Of a stretch of DNA of 64,000 nucleotides, positions 28,348 to 38,537 are shown in pieces (position 1 is the first letter of the stretch; the number at the start of each line of letters is the position of its first letter). Position numbers and translations under genes: made by a program. The notes beneath the pieces were generated by a model. That model saw only the letters and a list, made by a program, of their open reading frames with translations. It made no database searches and had not been told where the DNA came from. The DNA lies in the IMG/VR virus record IMGVR_UViG_3300024177_000002, one strand, 5' to 3'. This stretch comes from an uncultured virus (IMG/VR IMGVR_UViG_3300024177_000002). Lineage: Duplodnaviria; Heunggongvirae; Uroviricota; Caudoviricetes.

Positions 28348-29136
28348 ATGGACATTGAACAGCTCAGAAGCCGCCTTCAGTCGATTGCGAATTGGTTGCT
28401 TCTGTCCCGATGCGGACTGGCCTTCAAATGGCTCTGGCGGCATGTCGCGCCGCCGATTGTTTTCAGTCGCGTGATTTTCGGGAACAAGGTTTTCTTCAAT
28501 CTCCGCGACAACCTGTTTTTCCTCTATTCGACCCGGAAGCATTTGGAAACGCATGAGGGAATTGATGCGATCCTTGCTGGGCTACCCCCGGGAAGCAGAG
28601 TTTGGGACGTGGGTTGCAACGTCGGAATCTACGCGCTTCATGCCGCGCGCCTTGGCCACAATGTCGTTGCCTTCGACCTGTCACCAAAGGCGATTCAGAT
28701 GGTTCAGAAGTCAGCTTCCGAAAACAATCTGAGGATCACTTGCATTCCAAGGGCGTTGCATGTCTGGCCGGAGGTTTATTATGCTCCGAGGACTGCCTAC
28801 GCTGGCAACAAACTAACCTCAATGGGTCATTCTTCACGGCTTTCCACGAGCATAACTTGGATGCTGGCAGCGGAACAATTCGGAATTCCTGACTTTATAA
28901 AGCTGGACATCGAAGGTCTGGAAACCGAATTCCTCAAAAACCCGTCTTTCTGCCGGTGGATTAGGAACAATGGGATTTTGCTCGAAGTGGAGGTTCACAA
29001 TACCGATGCGAGAATCGCTTTAGAGAAATCTTTCAGCAATTTCCGAATGCTTAGTAATAACAACTTCCTCATCGTGCCGTTACCATTTGGTCGGCAAAAC
29101 AAGTCTAGCAATCTGGAATCGGTCAATGTAAGGTAA
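28348..29136 (+). CDS. FkbM-family methyltransferase
   Basis: VWDVGCNVGIY, AFD, PDFIKLDIEGLE. Confidence 0.85.
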   Translation: MDIEQLRSRLQSIANWLLLSRCGLAFKWLWRHVAPPIVFSRVIFGNKVFFNLRDNLFFLYSTRKHLETHEGIDAILAGLPPGSRVWDVGCNVGIYALHAARLGHNVVAFDLSPKAIQMVQKSASENNLRITCIPRALHVWPEVYYAPRTAYAGNKLTSMGHSSRLSTSITWMLAAEQFGIPDFIKLDIEGLETEFLKNPSFCRWIRNNGILLEVEVHNTDARIALEKSFSNFRMLSNNNFLIVPLPFGRQNKSSNLESVNVR

Positions 29137-29663
29137 TGGCCATGGACGACAGACACGCAGAGCACCTCACACACGCCATCGAAAGTTTAACGGCGGCGGT
29201 CATAGCTAAGACAAGTTCTGCGGCTACCAGCGAACAACTGGCCGATGTTTTTCACAAGATCAAAACCGAGATCGACGTGCTCAAGTCAGCGTCGGAATTG
29301 CTCGCAACCAAACAGGACTTGGAGAAAGCACTTAATACCATTATGGCATCACAAGCAGAAATCGACGCCGCGCTCGCTAAAATAGACACGGCAACCAACG
29401 GTATCGCGGCGAATGTTCAAACTATTGCCGACACGGATCAGACCATCAGCGACGAAATTGACAAGTTCCTGGCAGCGGTGCCGGTCGGCTCTGTCATCAC
29501 AGACGCTCAGGTGGCGCAACTTCAGGCCCTTGGCGACCGCGCCCAGGCTGCCTCAGACGCTTCGGACGCTCAAGTGGCTGTCCTGAAGGCTATCGCGGCC
29601 AAAGGCGCCGGCAATCCGGTGCCCGTGCCGGTTCCTCCGACGCCCGCGCTTGCTCGCCGTTAA
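29136..29663 (+). CDS. Ala-rich helical hypothetical protein
   Basis: 175-aa ORF, TAATG-coupled to the upstream gene. Confidence 0.65.
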   Translation: MAMDDRHAEHLTHAIESLTAAVIAKTSSAATSEQLADVFHKIKTEIDVLKSASELLATKQDLEKALNTIMASQAEIDAALAKIDTATNGIAANVQTIADTDQTISDEIDKFLAAVPVGSVITDAQVAQLQALGDRAQAASDASDAQVAVLKAIAAKGAGNPVPVPVPPTPALARR

Positions 29664-29689
29664 TCCAATCCCCTCACGGCTGCCGGGCC

Positions 29690-30259
29690 TTGCAGCTCGG
29701 CGGCCTCTTGAAAGTTAGTGATGACGTGAGCGAACACAAAAGCGTGAGTACGACGACTGAGGGTAGCGATGAGGTAAAGTTGGCCACGTTGAGCCTTGAG
29801 GTTAAGGCTTTGCGTGAAAGTTTTAAGGAAAGCACTCAGAGCCGTGATGCTTCGTTCAAGGAGATCAAAGATTCCATTGAGAAGCTGAAGTCCAAGCCCG
29901 CGAACAACTGGTTTCAAATGTTCGTGATGGTTGGTTTCTTGTCACTCGTTTTCGGCGCTTATGTTTACCCGATTAAGACGGACATTGACAATAATCGGAA
30001 GGATATCGTTAAGAATCAGGAGTTGGCTCAAAAGGATTTGGCCCTTGCGAAGCGCGACATTGACGACGTTTCCAAGGTCGTCGCCAACAATCGGGAAATT
30101 ACTTTGAAAGACTTGGCTCTGATTCACGCAGACTTTGAGGCGGTGAAACGCGAGAACATCTGGAACTGGGACGGCATGAAAACCAGGCTGGACAACCTCA
30201 CCAAACAGCTTGACCTGATGTGGAAAAGGGTATTTGGTGGCGAGGATAAACTCAAATGA
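29690..30259 (+). CDS. membrane-anchored coiled-coil protein (lysis region); start uncertain
   Basis: One TM segment (WFQMFVMVGFLSLVFGAYVY) flanked by coiled coils. Confidence 0.55.
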   Translation: MQLGGLLKVSDDVSEHKSVSTTTEGSDEVKLATLSLEVKALRESFKESTQSRDASFKEIKDSIEKLKSKPANNWFQMFVMVGFLSLVFGAYVYPIKTDIDNNRKDIVKNQELAQKDLALAKRDIDDVSKVVANNREITLKDLALIHADFEAVKRENIWNWDGMKTRLDNLTKQLDLMWKRVFGGEDKLK

Positions 30260-30405
30260 GCGCAAAACGATTTAGCCCACAAGCTCGCCCAAAGACGTTC
30301 GACGATCCGAATCCGCCACCGAATCAATCGCCTAACCCATCGCCCAATCCTGACCCGAATCCGCCGCCGCACGCACCAATTCGCAAACGGAAGAAACGAA
30401 AGTAA
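30256..30405 (+). CDS. 49-aa Pro-Asn repeat peptide with basic tail
   Basis: MSAKRFSPQARPKTFDDPNPPPNQSPNPSPNPDPNPPPHAPIRKRKKRK; coupled at both ends (ATGA, TAATG). Confidence 0.55.
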   Translation: MSAKRFSPQARPKTFDDPNPPPNQSPNPSPNPDPNPPPHAPIRKRKKRK

Positions 30406-30914
30406 TGGAAGAAAAATGTTCAGGCGGTCGAACCCACGAACCAAGTTTGAGGGAATTGTGCGCGGACTTGGACGGGTTCAAGCGGTTGATGGATGAGCGG
30501 GACAAGCGGTATGAACAGAGTTTCACGCAGTCCAAGGAATCGGTGGCCTCGGCGTTAGCGGCGGCCAAGGAGCAAACCTCGGCGTCCTTCAACGCGTCGG
30601 AGAAGGCCATTGCCAAGGCGGAGTCGAGCCAGTTGCAGTATAATGCAACGCATAACGACCTGACTCGGAAGATGGACGCGCAATACAAGGAAATGTTGCC
30701 GCGCCTGGAGTCGGAAGGGAAGTTCAATGCGATTGCCGAGAAGATCGAGGATGTGAAAAGGGAACTGAACGCGCTGCGTGACTTTCGGAGCGAGACGGTG
30801 GGGCAGCGGGTGCAACAAACCTCGGACAAAGGTCAATCAAACTGGGTGATTGGAATCGCCATTGGGTTGATCCTGGCAGTGGTGGAAGTAATTTTGAAAC
30901 TGGTGAAAGCATGA
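30405..30914 (+). CDS. coiled-coil protein with C-terminal TM
   Basis: ERDKRYEQ.F...AKEQ...SEKAIAKAE; C-terminal WVIGIAIGLILAVV. Confidence 0.7.
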   Translation: MEEKCSGGRTHEPSLRELCADLDGFKRLMDERDKRYEQSFTQSKESVASALAAAKEQTSASFNASEKAIAKAESSQLQYNATHNDLTRKMDAQYKEMLPRLESEGKFNAIAEKIEDVKRELNALRDFRSETVGQRVQQTSDKGQSNWVIGIAIGLILAVVEVILKLVKA

Positions 30915-31120
30915 ACAAAGACAAACAGAGAATCAAAGAGTTAGAGGCGCAGATCAGCGTCTTGAGTCTTAACCCGAATCAATCTGGCTGGCTCCTGGTT
31001 CAGTCCATGCAGTCGGCAGACTTTCCCCTTGACCCTGTGAATCGCGGAAAGACCGCAGAAGATTTTCCCAAATGGCCGGCTGCGAAAGTTGCCAAGGTCC
31101 CAAACTGGAAAGATTTATGA
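30911..31120 (+). CDS. hypothetical protein
   Basis: 69-aa ORF with ATGA overlap. Confidence 0.5.
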   Translation: MNKDKQRIKELEAQISVLSLNPNQSGWLLVQSMQSADFPLDPVNRGKTAEDFPKWPAAKVAKVPNWKDL

Positions 31121-31242
31121 ATTTTACACTTTGCAGGTGGGCGTGCATTCTCGCCTCGCAAAAAGCCGGGAGTGCCGCAACCGTAAGGCCGGCAGGAGTT
31201 TCAGTGAGTTTCTCCTCATAAGCTCCCGGCGCACAGTTTAAT

Positions 31243-31545
31243 ATGAAACTAAGCAATGGAACGAACATCTCCGGGATTGCTGGAATCGTGGCGACGATAG
31301 CTAATGCCATCCGGTTGCTCACCGACGGCGATCCAAGCACAAACCCTGATTGGGTGGCTACGATAGCCGCAATTTCGACGGCCATCGGGTTGCTCTATGC
31401 CAAGAACCACAATGTGAGTAATAGCCCGACGCCGACGGCAGCGGCTGAAGTGGTCAAAACTATGGTGCCATCGACTGAAATCATTCCGTCTGCTCCAGTG
31501 GTAACGACGGGCGAAACGGCGGTTTACACGAGAAAAGAACCGTGA
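31243..31545 (+). CDS. holin-like two-TM membrane protein
   Basis: TNISGIAGIVATIA...DGDPST.PDW...AIGLLYAK; two hydrophobic segments. Confidence 0.6.
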   Translation: MKLSNGTNISGIAGIVATIANAIRLLTDGDPSTNPDWVATIAAISTAIGLLYAKNHNVSNSPTPTAAAEVVKTMVPSTEIIPSAPVVTTGETAVYTRKEP

Positions 31546-31789
31546 AAACCGAGCCAGCGAAAGTTGTTGAAGTCAAGGTTGAGCCGGAAGCGCATTAATA
31601 AGATTGGCCGCAGGGCTATCTCCAGAAGAAACGCACGGCTTTCTTTTTGAATCACAATGAGGTTCTACCATTGGCTTTGCGTAACCGTCTTTTTCTGAGT
31701 ATTGAGACGGACTGTAATAACGAATGATCTTCACTAATTGGCGACACGACGGACACCAAATTGATCCAAAGTAGCCGAATCCTTTCGCA

Positions 31790-32068
31790 GCGATTGCGAG
31801 ACAGGCGAGCCAGCTTTGAGAAAACCAAGCCGGTAATATGGCCGCGCTCAATGTCCTTCATCATACGCTTGGCTTCGGCATGTTGCATGACGGCCTTGCC
31901 GCTTTGTCCGGCAAGGTCGTAAAGTTCTTTGACCTGCCAGCCTCGGCTTTTAGCATAACTTCGGGCACGTTCCTCGTGATGATCGGGGCTTTCGCCTTCG
32001 GCTTGGTCTTCGGTGGAAACACGAATCCAGATGCCAACCGGTTTGTTCAAGTCACTATTTTCCTTCAT
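31790..32068 (-). pseudogene. serine recombinase, C-terminally truncated (about 90 aa of the catalytic domain)
   Basis: VGIWIRVSTEDQ...SGK...FSKLARLSRNR, then abrupt loss of similarity; recombinase and Zn-ribbon domains absent. Confidence 0.85.
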
Positions 32069-32151
32069 ACCACGAGTTCCTATCAAAAATCACCCGTGCA
32101 CTGCAAGAAAAAAGTGTATGCAAACCACATTTATTTGCTAAAACTGTCTGC

Positions 32152-32382
32152 ATGTCAAAAGCACTCCGAGAAAGAGATTTGGTCGCACTGGCTAAACGGT
32201 TCCGAATGCAGGCGGGGATAACGCGGGCGCAAGCCGCGCGGGAAATGAAAGTTTCGCAGACCTCCATCTTTAGCGCAGAAGAAACGCCGGAACAAGCTCT
32301 GGTCAAATTGCGGATGCGGATGATTGAAACGTATTCGCCTTTCAAGGTCGTGGGCGCGGTCTATTTCCTCCAACGGAAATAA
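32152..32382 (+). CDS. XRE-family HTH protein
   Basis: RMQAGITRAQAAREMKVSQTSIFSAE; divergent from the recombinase. Confidence 0.75.
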   Translation: MSKALRERDLVALAKRFRMQAGITRAQAAREMKVSQTSIFSAEETPEQALVKLRMRMIETYSPFKVVGAVYFLQRK

Positions 32383-32464
32383 TTACCGCGCGCACTGCGA
32401 ATTCTGGGCCAAGACTGCCGGAAATGGCTCGGCCCAATCGTTCTTCGTTCAAGCCTAATCAAAG

Positions 32465-34513
32465 TCAGGCGGCAAGGATTGCGGTCTTAGGTAGCGGAAA
32501 AATCGGCTTTGTATCTGTGACTCGCACCCCTTGCTCAGGTTGATAATCCAATGTGATCAATACTCCTTCTTCGTTTTCAAGGCTTCTTAATCGACGGCAT
32601 AGCAATTTCGCCAATTCAGGGTCTTCGATTGTGCAAATAATCTGACGTCCCGTTTGTCGGATCGCCGACAAAACCTCGACAAGATGGAGAGCTCGAAAAT
32701 CATCAATGTGTTGCACAGGGTCATCCAATACTAATGCGTTTAAATGACACCATGAACGTGAAAGATGAACCGCAAGTAGGAAAGCTAAACCGGCAGCCCT
32801 GCGTTGCCCGTTGCTGAACATAAACCGGGGATTCAGGTCTTCCCCGATTCTCAAGCTTAGGAAACGGCGGACATCGCCTCGAGTGATATAAGAAACCGTT
32901 GGCCAATCGACGTGAGGTTTAAGACGAGTATAAAGCTCCGTTAATAAGGGAGAGAGTTCAGCAAGCCGCTCGTCAACCAGTTCCCCCGCAACTCGCTTTA
33001 CCGTAGCCGCCGCTTCCTTAAACCTTTCCTCAGCACTTTTGGCTCTCGAAACCACTTTGGCTAGGGCTTCTGAATCCTTCTGACACTGGGTGAGTCCTTT
33101 CTCAAGTTCTGCAACGCGTTCCAACGCCTTAGAGCCGTCGAGGACGCCGAGATGCTTTTCAAGTGTCGATAACTGAGCTTTAACTCGGTCAGCGTATTCA
33201 GTGACGTTTGTAGGGCTGATTGTTTCAGATGGGATATCAGGAAGGCCCAAAGAGTTCACTTTTTGAAGCAATGCCGAGCGTTCTAATTTCAATATCTCAG
33301 TGAGAGTCGAGAGGTCTTTATATTGTCGTTCCATAGAATCACACTCACTGACTAAACGCCTAAAGTCGTCGCTCGCCTTAGTCCTTTCCCGAATCAAATC
33401 AGCTGATGCCTTGTTTTGCAATTCTACGCGAGCTTTGATTGATTGCAGTCGCTTCTCAAAAGTATCCTGCGACAACTCGAGCCCGCAAAGCGGACAAGAG
33501 CCATTTTGCAATCCCAACGCAGATCCATGCTGGTGGAGGCCAGCCCACTCAGCAATATCCGCAGAGTTAAGAGTACCGCTTTTTATCTGCGCCTCTAATG
33601 CTTGAGCATCAGCCTGACGCTGGTCTCGCTTGGCCTTAGCAGCTAGTAATGAGGCTTCCATTGCATCTTTGTGTGCTGTGAATTCGGGCGTGGTGGCTTC
33701 AGCGAGACGCTTCTCGACCGTCGAAAGTTGTCTCGCATAGTTTAGGAGAGCGTCTAGCGTACTTTTCAGCGCAACCGCATTAGATTTCGCGACGCGAATG
33801 ACCTCAGACATTTCGCCCGCAGGGCGATTGGAGGACTGACGAACGTACCTTTCGGCTTCACCAACGTCCTCGGCCTTCAGGGCCTGCGACTTTACCGAAC
33901 TGATCCTACTCGTGAACTCGGTTATCCTGAAACGGCCCTTTTCATATTCCGACTCAAGACGCTCAACCCGAGTCTTAAAAGTTTTTGTGAGGACATTTGC
34001 GGCTGATTCCAGTTCTGAATGGTCCCGTGCTCCCAAGCAAGCCTTAACGAAGCTGAAACGCTCCGTCTCGGCCAAATCTAGGCTCAATTCTGAAATCTGT
34101 TCACCTCTTAACAGGGAGGTTCTACATAGATAATTAAGACTGTCTAATGGGCGCGAAAGTTTTTCACACAGCAAATCGAGCAATTCTTGTTCAGAAATTC
34201 CGTGCAATCCTTGGGAATTACGTTCGATCAAAACGCGAGTGCCGTCCTTTCTCTGAATTTCAATTTGAACAAAGCGACTTTGGGGTCTTTCCTTACCTCG
34301 CCACCAAACGTATTCAGCAATTCCTTCTCCACTTTCCTTTGCTGGGTTGAATTTCGAGAGAGTTCCGCAAATTGCATATTCAATCGCGTCGCACACCGTG
34401 CTTTTTCCCGCTCCGTTCGAGCCGGTGATGACTGCGAAGCCGTTCGGAAAGGTTAAATTAAGCTCTCCTTTTACTCCTCGAAATCCAGCGGCCTTAATGC
34501 TTACAATGTTCAT
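32465..34513 (-). CDS. lmuB: SMC/Rad50-like ABC ATPase (Lamassu LmuB / ABC-3C ATPase)
   Basis: Walker A GSNGAGKS, coiled coils with CPLC Zn hook, signature FSNGQRR, Walker B LVLDDP. Confidence 0.82.
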   Translation of the reverse strand: MNIVSIKAAGFRGVKGELNLTFPNGFAVITGSNGAGKSTVCDAIEYAICGTLSKFNPAKESGEGIAEYVWWRGKERPQSRFVQIEIQRKDGTRVLIERNSQGLHGISEQELLDLLCEKLSRPLDSLNYLCRTSLLRGEQISELSLDLAETERFSFVKACLGARDHSELESAANVLTKTFKTRVERLESEYEKGRFRITEFTSRISSVKSQALKAEDVGEAERYVRQSSNRPAGEMSEVIRVAKSNAVALKSTLDALLNYARQLSTVEKRLAEATTPEFTAHKDAMEASLLAAKAKRDQRQADAQALEAQIKSGTLNSADIAEWAGLHQHGSALGLQNGSCPLCGLELSQDTFEKRLQSIKARVELQNKASADLIRERTKASDDFRRLVSECDSMERQYKDLSTLTEILKLERSALLQKVNSLGLPDIPSETISPTNVTEYADRVKAQLSTLEKHLGVLDGSKALERVAELEKGLTQCQKDSEALAKVVSRAKSAEERFKEAAATVKRVAGELVDERLAELSPLLTELYTRLKPHVDWPTVSYITRGDVRRFLSLRIGEDLNPRFMFSNGQRRAAGLAFLLAVHLSRSWCHLNALVLDDPVQHIDDFRALHLVEVLSAIRQTGRQIICTIEDPELAKLLCRRLRSLENEEGVLITLDYQPEQGVRVTDTKPIFPLPKTAILAA

Positions 34514-35037
34514 TGTTCTTCCAGCAGTATGTCAATGACTGAGGTTGTTGCATCCCCTTTACGAAGGGCAGCGAGTTCGTTAGCATTCAAAAAAGAAAGT
34601 CTGCTTTCGAGTCTAGGGAGAGAATCGTAATCCTTCAGTGTCACAAGATTCTTTATCGGTAGTAATGGGAAGAGAGCTGCATAAAGTTCGTCGGACGAAG
34701 CTATTTCGGCCTCCACAATTTTTCTCGTTCCCCGGAAATCCTCTTCGATTTTCAGAATGTCCGTCTTGCGTGCCGGAGGGCATTCCGCATCGGTTATGAA
34801 AATTGAATATGCGTTCCACGCCTTTGCTGGGAATGAACGAAGCCGTATCGAATTGCGGGCAAGAAATGAATCTTGTGACTGCTCCCATGTAGCGATTATA
34901 TCTTCTACAGTAAGCGCGGTACTGATGAATCCGAAAAGGGTCTCATCCTCAAACAGAAGCCATTCCTTCTCGGCGAGTCGGGCAGTGTGGTAACCCGCTT
35001 CATCCAAAATCTTCTGAGCTTCGTAATTCAGATCCAT
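34510..35037 (-). CDS. lmuC: ABC-3C middle component / LmuC-like protein
   Basis: 175 aa between effector and SMC ATPase, coupled to both; KAWNAYSIF...IEEDFRGTRKIV. Confidence 0.65.
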   Translation of the reverse strand: MDLNYEAQKILDEAGYHTARLAEKEWLLFEDETLFGFISTALTVEDIIATWEQSQDSFLARNSIRLRSFPAKAWNAYSIFITDAECPPARKTDILKIEEDFRGTRKIVEAEIASSDELYAALFPLLPIKNLVTLKDYDSLPRLESRLSFLNANELAALRKGDATTSVIDILLEEQ

Positions 35038-36042
35038 TTAGATTCCCAATTGTGCAATTGCCATTTCACTGGTGAGCCAGCGGGCACCGCCGCCTGACGC
35101 TCGAACAACCGAAGGCGGTGAGCCGCCGCGAACGAGGTGAGCTGGAACCCCGCCGTCGTCAGCAGCGCCGGCACAAATTACAAATTGATCTGGTTGCGAC
35201 GGAGGTGTTTCACCAGCAAACAGCTTTTGCACAAGACTCAGTGCCTGTCCCGCACCTTGCACTACCCTGAGGCGATCAACGCCCAAGACAAAACGGGGTT
35301 CATCCAACGTCGCGCCTTTTGCAAGCAATCTCAAGTGGATCGCACCTATTTGGGCGGAAGAGTTGGAAGGGTGTTTTTCCCGAACAATCTGAGTATCCGG
35401 AATTCCAACGTAGTCGCGTCTCATGGCATAGAAATCGATTGAGGTCTTACTCCTGTCGAACGACGTAGGCGGCACAGCTTTTCCGGTCATGGTGATAAAC
35501 GTCGTTTCGGCCTGCGCCAATAGCTGCTCGAAAAACTTGATTGTGAATTCTTTCCGAAGTTCGTCTAAAACGTCAGCGCCGCTTTCCCTTTCGTGCAGGA
35601 ATAGAAATTTTCCACTGTTCGCCCAATTCCAAAGATTGGGAGCCTTTGCCTTAAGGCCAGCTGCGTCCATCGGATCAACCAAAACAACAAGGGAGGGCTC
35701 GGTTGCGACGATACAGTCTTCAATGATGGTGTTCAGGTAATCCCAATCGGACCAAAAGCCGACAAACATCAAGTCTTTCGACTTCAATTGACCATTCAAC
35801 CAGGTTTTGGAAGAATCTATTCTTGTCTTGATAGTGTTTTCTGTTAGCTGTTGACGGCACCACAAGGTTTCATCCTTGTCTCGCCGACAACATCCATGAA
35901 TTTTCAAGAAAGGCTGATGCGGAAGCGCTTTAACGGCTTCTGAGCCATCCAACGCCGCCTCAAACAGAGGTTCACCAAGACCTTCGGCCGCCATTTCGAC
36001 AAGAGTGTCAAAATTTGTGCTGATTCCGAATTGCACAATTTT
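35038..36042 (-). pseudogene. Sir2-like effector (LmuA-Sir2), N-terminally truncated
   Basis: STNFDTLVE, LKIHGC and FVGFWSDWDY are present; the N-terminal GAGxS loop is missing; an in-frame ATG at 36078 adds unrelated residues. Confidence 0.72.
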
Positions 36043-36164
36043 CAAGTCCAGGCAACCGCGAAGTGGCCTCAGACACATGCAATTTGACCTATCCCTATTC
36101 CATTGTCAAGCCCCATCGAAACATTTTTCTTTCCAAATGCGAGCGGAGCCTTTAGAGTGGACAA

Positions 36165-36587
36165 ATGACCTATCCAAATCGTCGGACTGTATTCACCGTC
36201 GTCATGCTCGCAATCGGCGTGGTCATTGTGCTGCTTGGAAGCGGGTGCGCAATCGAGAAATTTAATCGCCCGCCAGAATGGGCGAGCATTATTACGACGC
36301 ACGGAAGGTTCTTTGGCCTCAATGCCACCATTCCGACCGGAAGCGCGGAAACCATTGGAGTCAAGCTTGGGTGGGGCAGCACAACTTGGACGGTTTTGCC
36401 CGTCGCAACTAACGTGACCTACGCTCCAAAAGTTTCTGACACGTTTTCAGTCGGTCAGAGCCTGAATCCCTTCGACACCACGATCAGGGAGTACCTGCAA
36501 ACCGGGTGGGAAGGGAGCACCACGCCAACGCCAGCCATGCGGTTACTGGAGCCTAGGAACTCAACAAATACGGTCAACAAACCATGA
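36165..36587 (+). CDS. lipoprotein
   Basis: Hydrophobic signal followed by lipobox-like LLGSGC. Confidence 0.72.
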   Translation: MTYPNRRTVFTVVMLAIGVVIVLLGSGCAIEKFNRPPEWASIITTHGRFFGLNATIPTGSAETIGVKLGWGSTTWTVLPVATNVTYAPKVSDTFSVGQSLNPFDTTIREYLQTGWEGSTTPTPAMRLLEPRNSTNTVNKP

Positions 36588-37081
36588 ACAAAAAACTAAC
36601 ATCCATCCTCGCCGTCCTGGCGATTGTCGTCCTGTCGGGATGCGCAACAGGAAGTAAACCACTCATCAGCCCAAGCGTCGTCCAGCAAGGCGTCACTGCT
36701 GGCGTCAAAGCCGGAACGCTGAAATGGCCAACTGCAATTCCATACGTCGAAGCTTCAGTCGCCGTGATTTGTTCGGAGGCGGCAGGGACAAACCTTTCCC
36801 CGGCTCAAGTTGTGGCGGACTTGGAAAAATCGGGCGCTGCCGCGTTTAAGACAGTCGAGGGCGTTCTGATCGTCCAAGGCGGTTTGTTGCTCTACACGAC
36901 CATCTGGAATGCCTTTGGGGCCGATGCGGTGAACAATGCGCCGGTATTCAAAGGTTACCTCCAAGCGGTTTGCCAAGGCATGCACGATGGTTTGCCGCCT
37001 TCTGGCGACACAGCCGGAGCGCGTGCAAGGCGTAATGCGCCAGACACGTCTAAGGCGTGGCCGCAGCTTAAATTTCCGTGA
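36584..37081 (+). CDS. lipoprotein
   Basis: MNKKLTSILAVLAIVVLSGC. Confidence 0.8.
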   Translation: MNKKLTSILAVLAIVVLSGCATGSKPLISPSVVQQGVTAGVKAGTLKWPTAIPYVEASVAVICSEAAGTNLSPAQVVADLEKSGAAAFKTVEGVLIVQGGLLLYTTIWNAFGADAVNNAPVFKGYLQAVCQGMHDGLPPSGDTAGARARRNAPDTSKAWPQLKFP

Positions 37082-37083
37082 TT

Positions 37084-37828
37084 TTATTGAACATGCCGCC
37101 AAGTTTTGCCAGTAACTGCTCGTTTTACGGTTGATCCATCAATGCCGTAATGTCGCCCAATGGAATTGTAACTTTCGCCACTTGCAAAACGCAACCTAAT
37201 GTCACGAACTTTTACTTCGTCTAGTTTTGCTTTGCTGTTATCAACGCCGCGCTTAAGTTTTTCAGGATATAAACGCGACCCGTTATTGTCTCCCACGGCC
37301 TGCCTTTTCTTCGCGCACATATCGTTAGAATTGTCGGCGTTTGTTCCTAGCCAAAGATGGTCTGGGTTTACGCACAATGGATTATCCCCATCAGGACAGT
37401 TACGAAGAACGCAAAGTCCATTAGGAATACTTCCGTTGTGGATAATCCAAGATGCGCGATGGGCGGATACGGTCTTGCGTCCCATGTTAAAACCGCCGTA
37501 TTTGTTGCCTTTGAACACCCACCCTGTCCACAACCAGCAACTTGTGGTTTTAAGGACATTAGAGAAAAACCTTTCTGGAACAGGCCGAGTTTTGGCCTTA
37601 TCTGCGCACGATTTGCTACAGAATTTACCACATCCTTTATCCAAAACGCATTGGTGAATTATGAATTTGGCATCGCAAAATTCGCACAGTTTTTCAACCG
37701 GAAGCCTGCGATGTGGATTTTTGATTGGACGGGATTCTTGAATTACTGGTATTGTGTTTTCAGCGGCATTCATAAGTTGCTTTATTTTGCTGTCAGCGAT
37801 GGGCGCTCGGCTCGAACCGGCGCTCATT
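37084..37828 (-). CDS. HNH endonuclease, possibly inactive (catalytic His replaced by Arg)
   Basis: CWLWTG, AHRASW, LCVL[R]NCPDGDNPLCVNPDHLWLGTNADN; own TTGACC-17-TACGTT promoter. Confidence 0.8.
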
Positions 37829-37883
37829 GCGTTTAACGTATGAAAAATTTTGCTGACGGTCAACCTCAAACCAAAGGAACAAA

Positions 37884-38048
37884 ATGAGTGCTGGATTACT
37901 GTTTTGGGTAATAATGATCATCGGCCTGTTGTTTGGGCTTTACACCAATCGCGCAACGCTCGGCCCATGGGTTAGCGGCAATCTCGTTCTGTGGGTTTTG
38001 CTCGCGTTGCTCGGCTGGAAAGTTTTCGGACCGGCAATTCATCAGTGA
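37884..38048 (+). CDS. 54-aa two-TM membrane protein
   Basis: AAGGA RBS; MSAGLLFWVIMIIGLLFG...LLALLGWKVFGPAIHQ. Confidence 0.7.
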   Translation: MSAGLLFWVIMIIGLLFGLYTNRATLGPWVSGNLVLWVLLALLGWKVFGPAIHQ

Positions 38049-38537
38049 GCAACCAGGTTCACCATCGCCAAGTGCTCGCACACCTGCGGGCGCTTGAATT
38101 GAGCCTGCGCGAGCTAATCAAATTCGTGAAATTACTCCGGCCAAAGGCAAAGGCAAATCCGAAGTGGCGCAAGAAATGATCGACGGCACGCAACTCAAAT
38201 TCAGCACGGAGGCCATCGTGCGCGAGTTGAGGTTGATTCGTAAGGGCGTTACTGAGCTTTTACACCGCACGGATTATGTCAGGCCGCGTGGCAAAGTTTC
38301 AAAACAACCTCGGCGCAAATACGAGCCAGATGACGGCTTTCCGGGAAGGGAGTGATGACAAAGAAAGCCATCGCCGATGTTCTCGCGGAAGCCATTGTTG
38401 TATTCGGGCCGGTGGCTACTGAGAATCAGCGTGACAGTATTTGGAGCCTGATGCGCCAAAATCCAAAAAGGACGATGAAGAAAATGTGTCGAGCAGCGTA
38501 TTCGGCTCTTACAAAATTGAATCTTCTGAATTGACTT

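Noticed and set aside
31543..31790. Stop-codon reassignment suggested by in-frame stops
   Set aside because: Long genes elsewhere translate cleanly in code 11 and end in all three stop codons; local decay is the simpler explanation.
31652..32086. Serine recombinase as the phage integrase
   Set aside because: Only about 90 aa of the catalytic domain remain, and it belongs to the captured fragment.
36081..36109. TTGACA promoter driving the truncated Sir2 gene
   Set aside because: The -10 (CAAATT) is weak and the implied TSS would fall downstream of the ATG at 36078.
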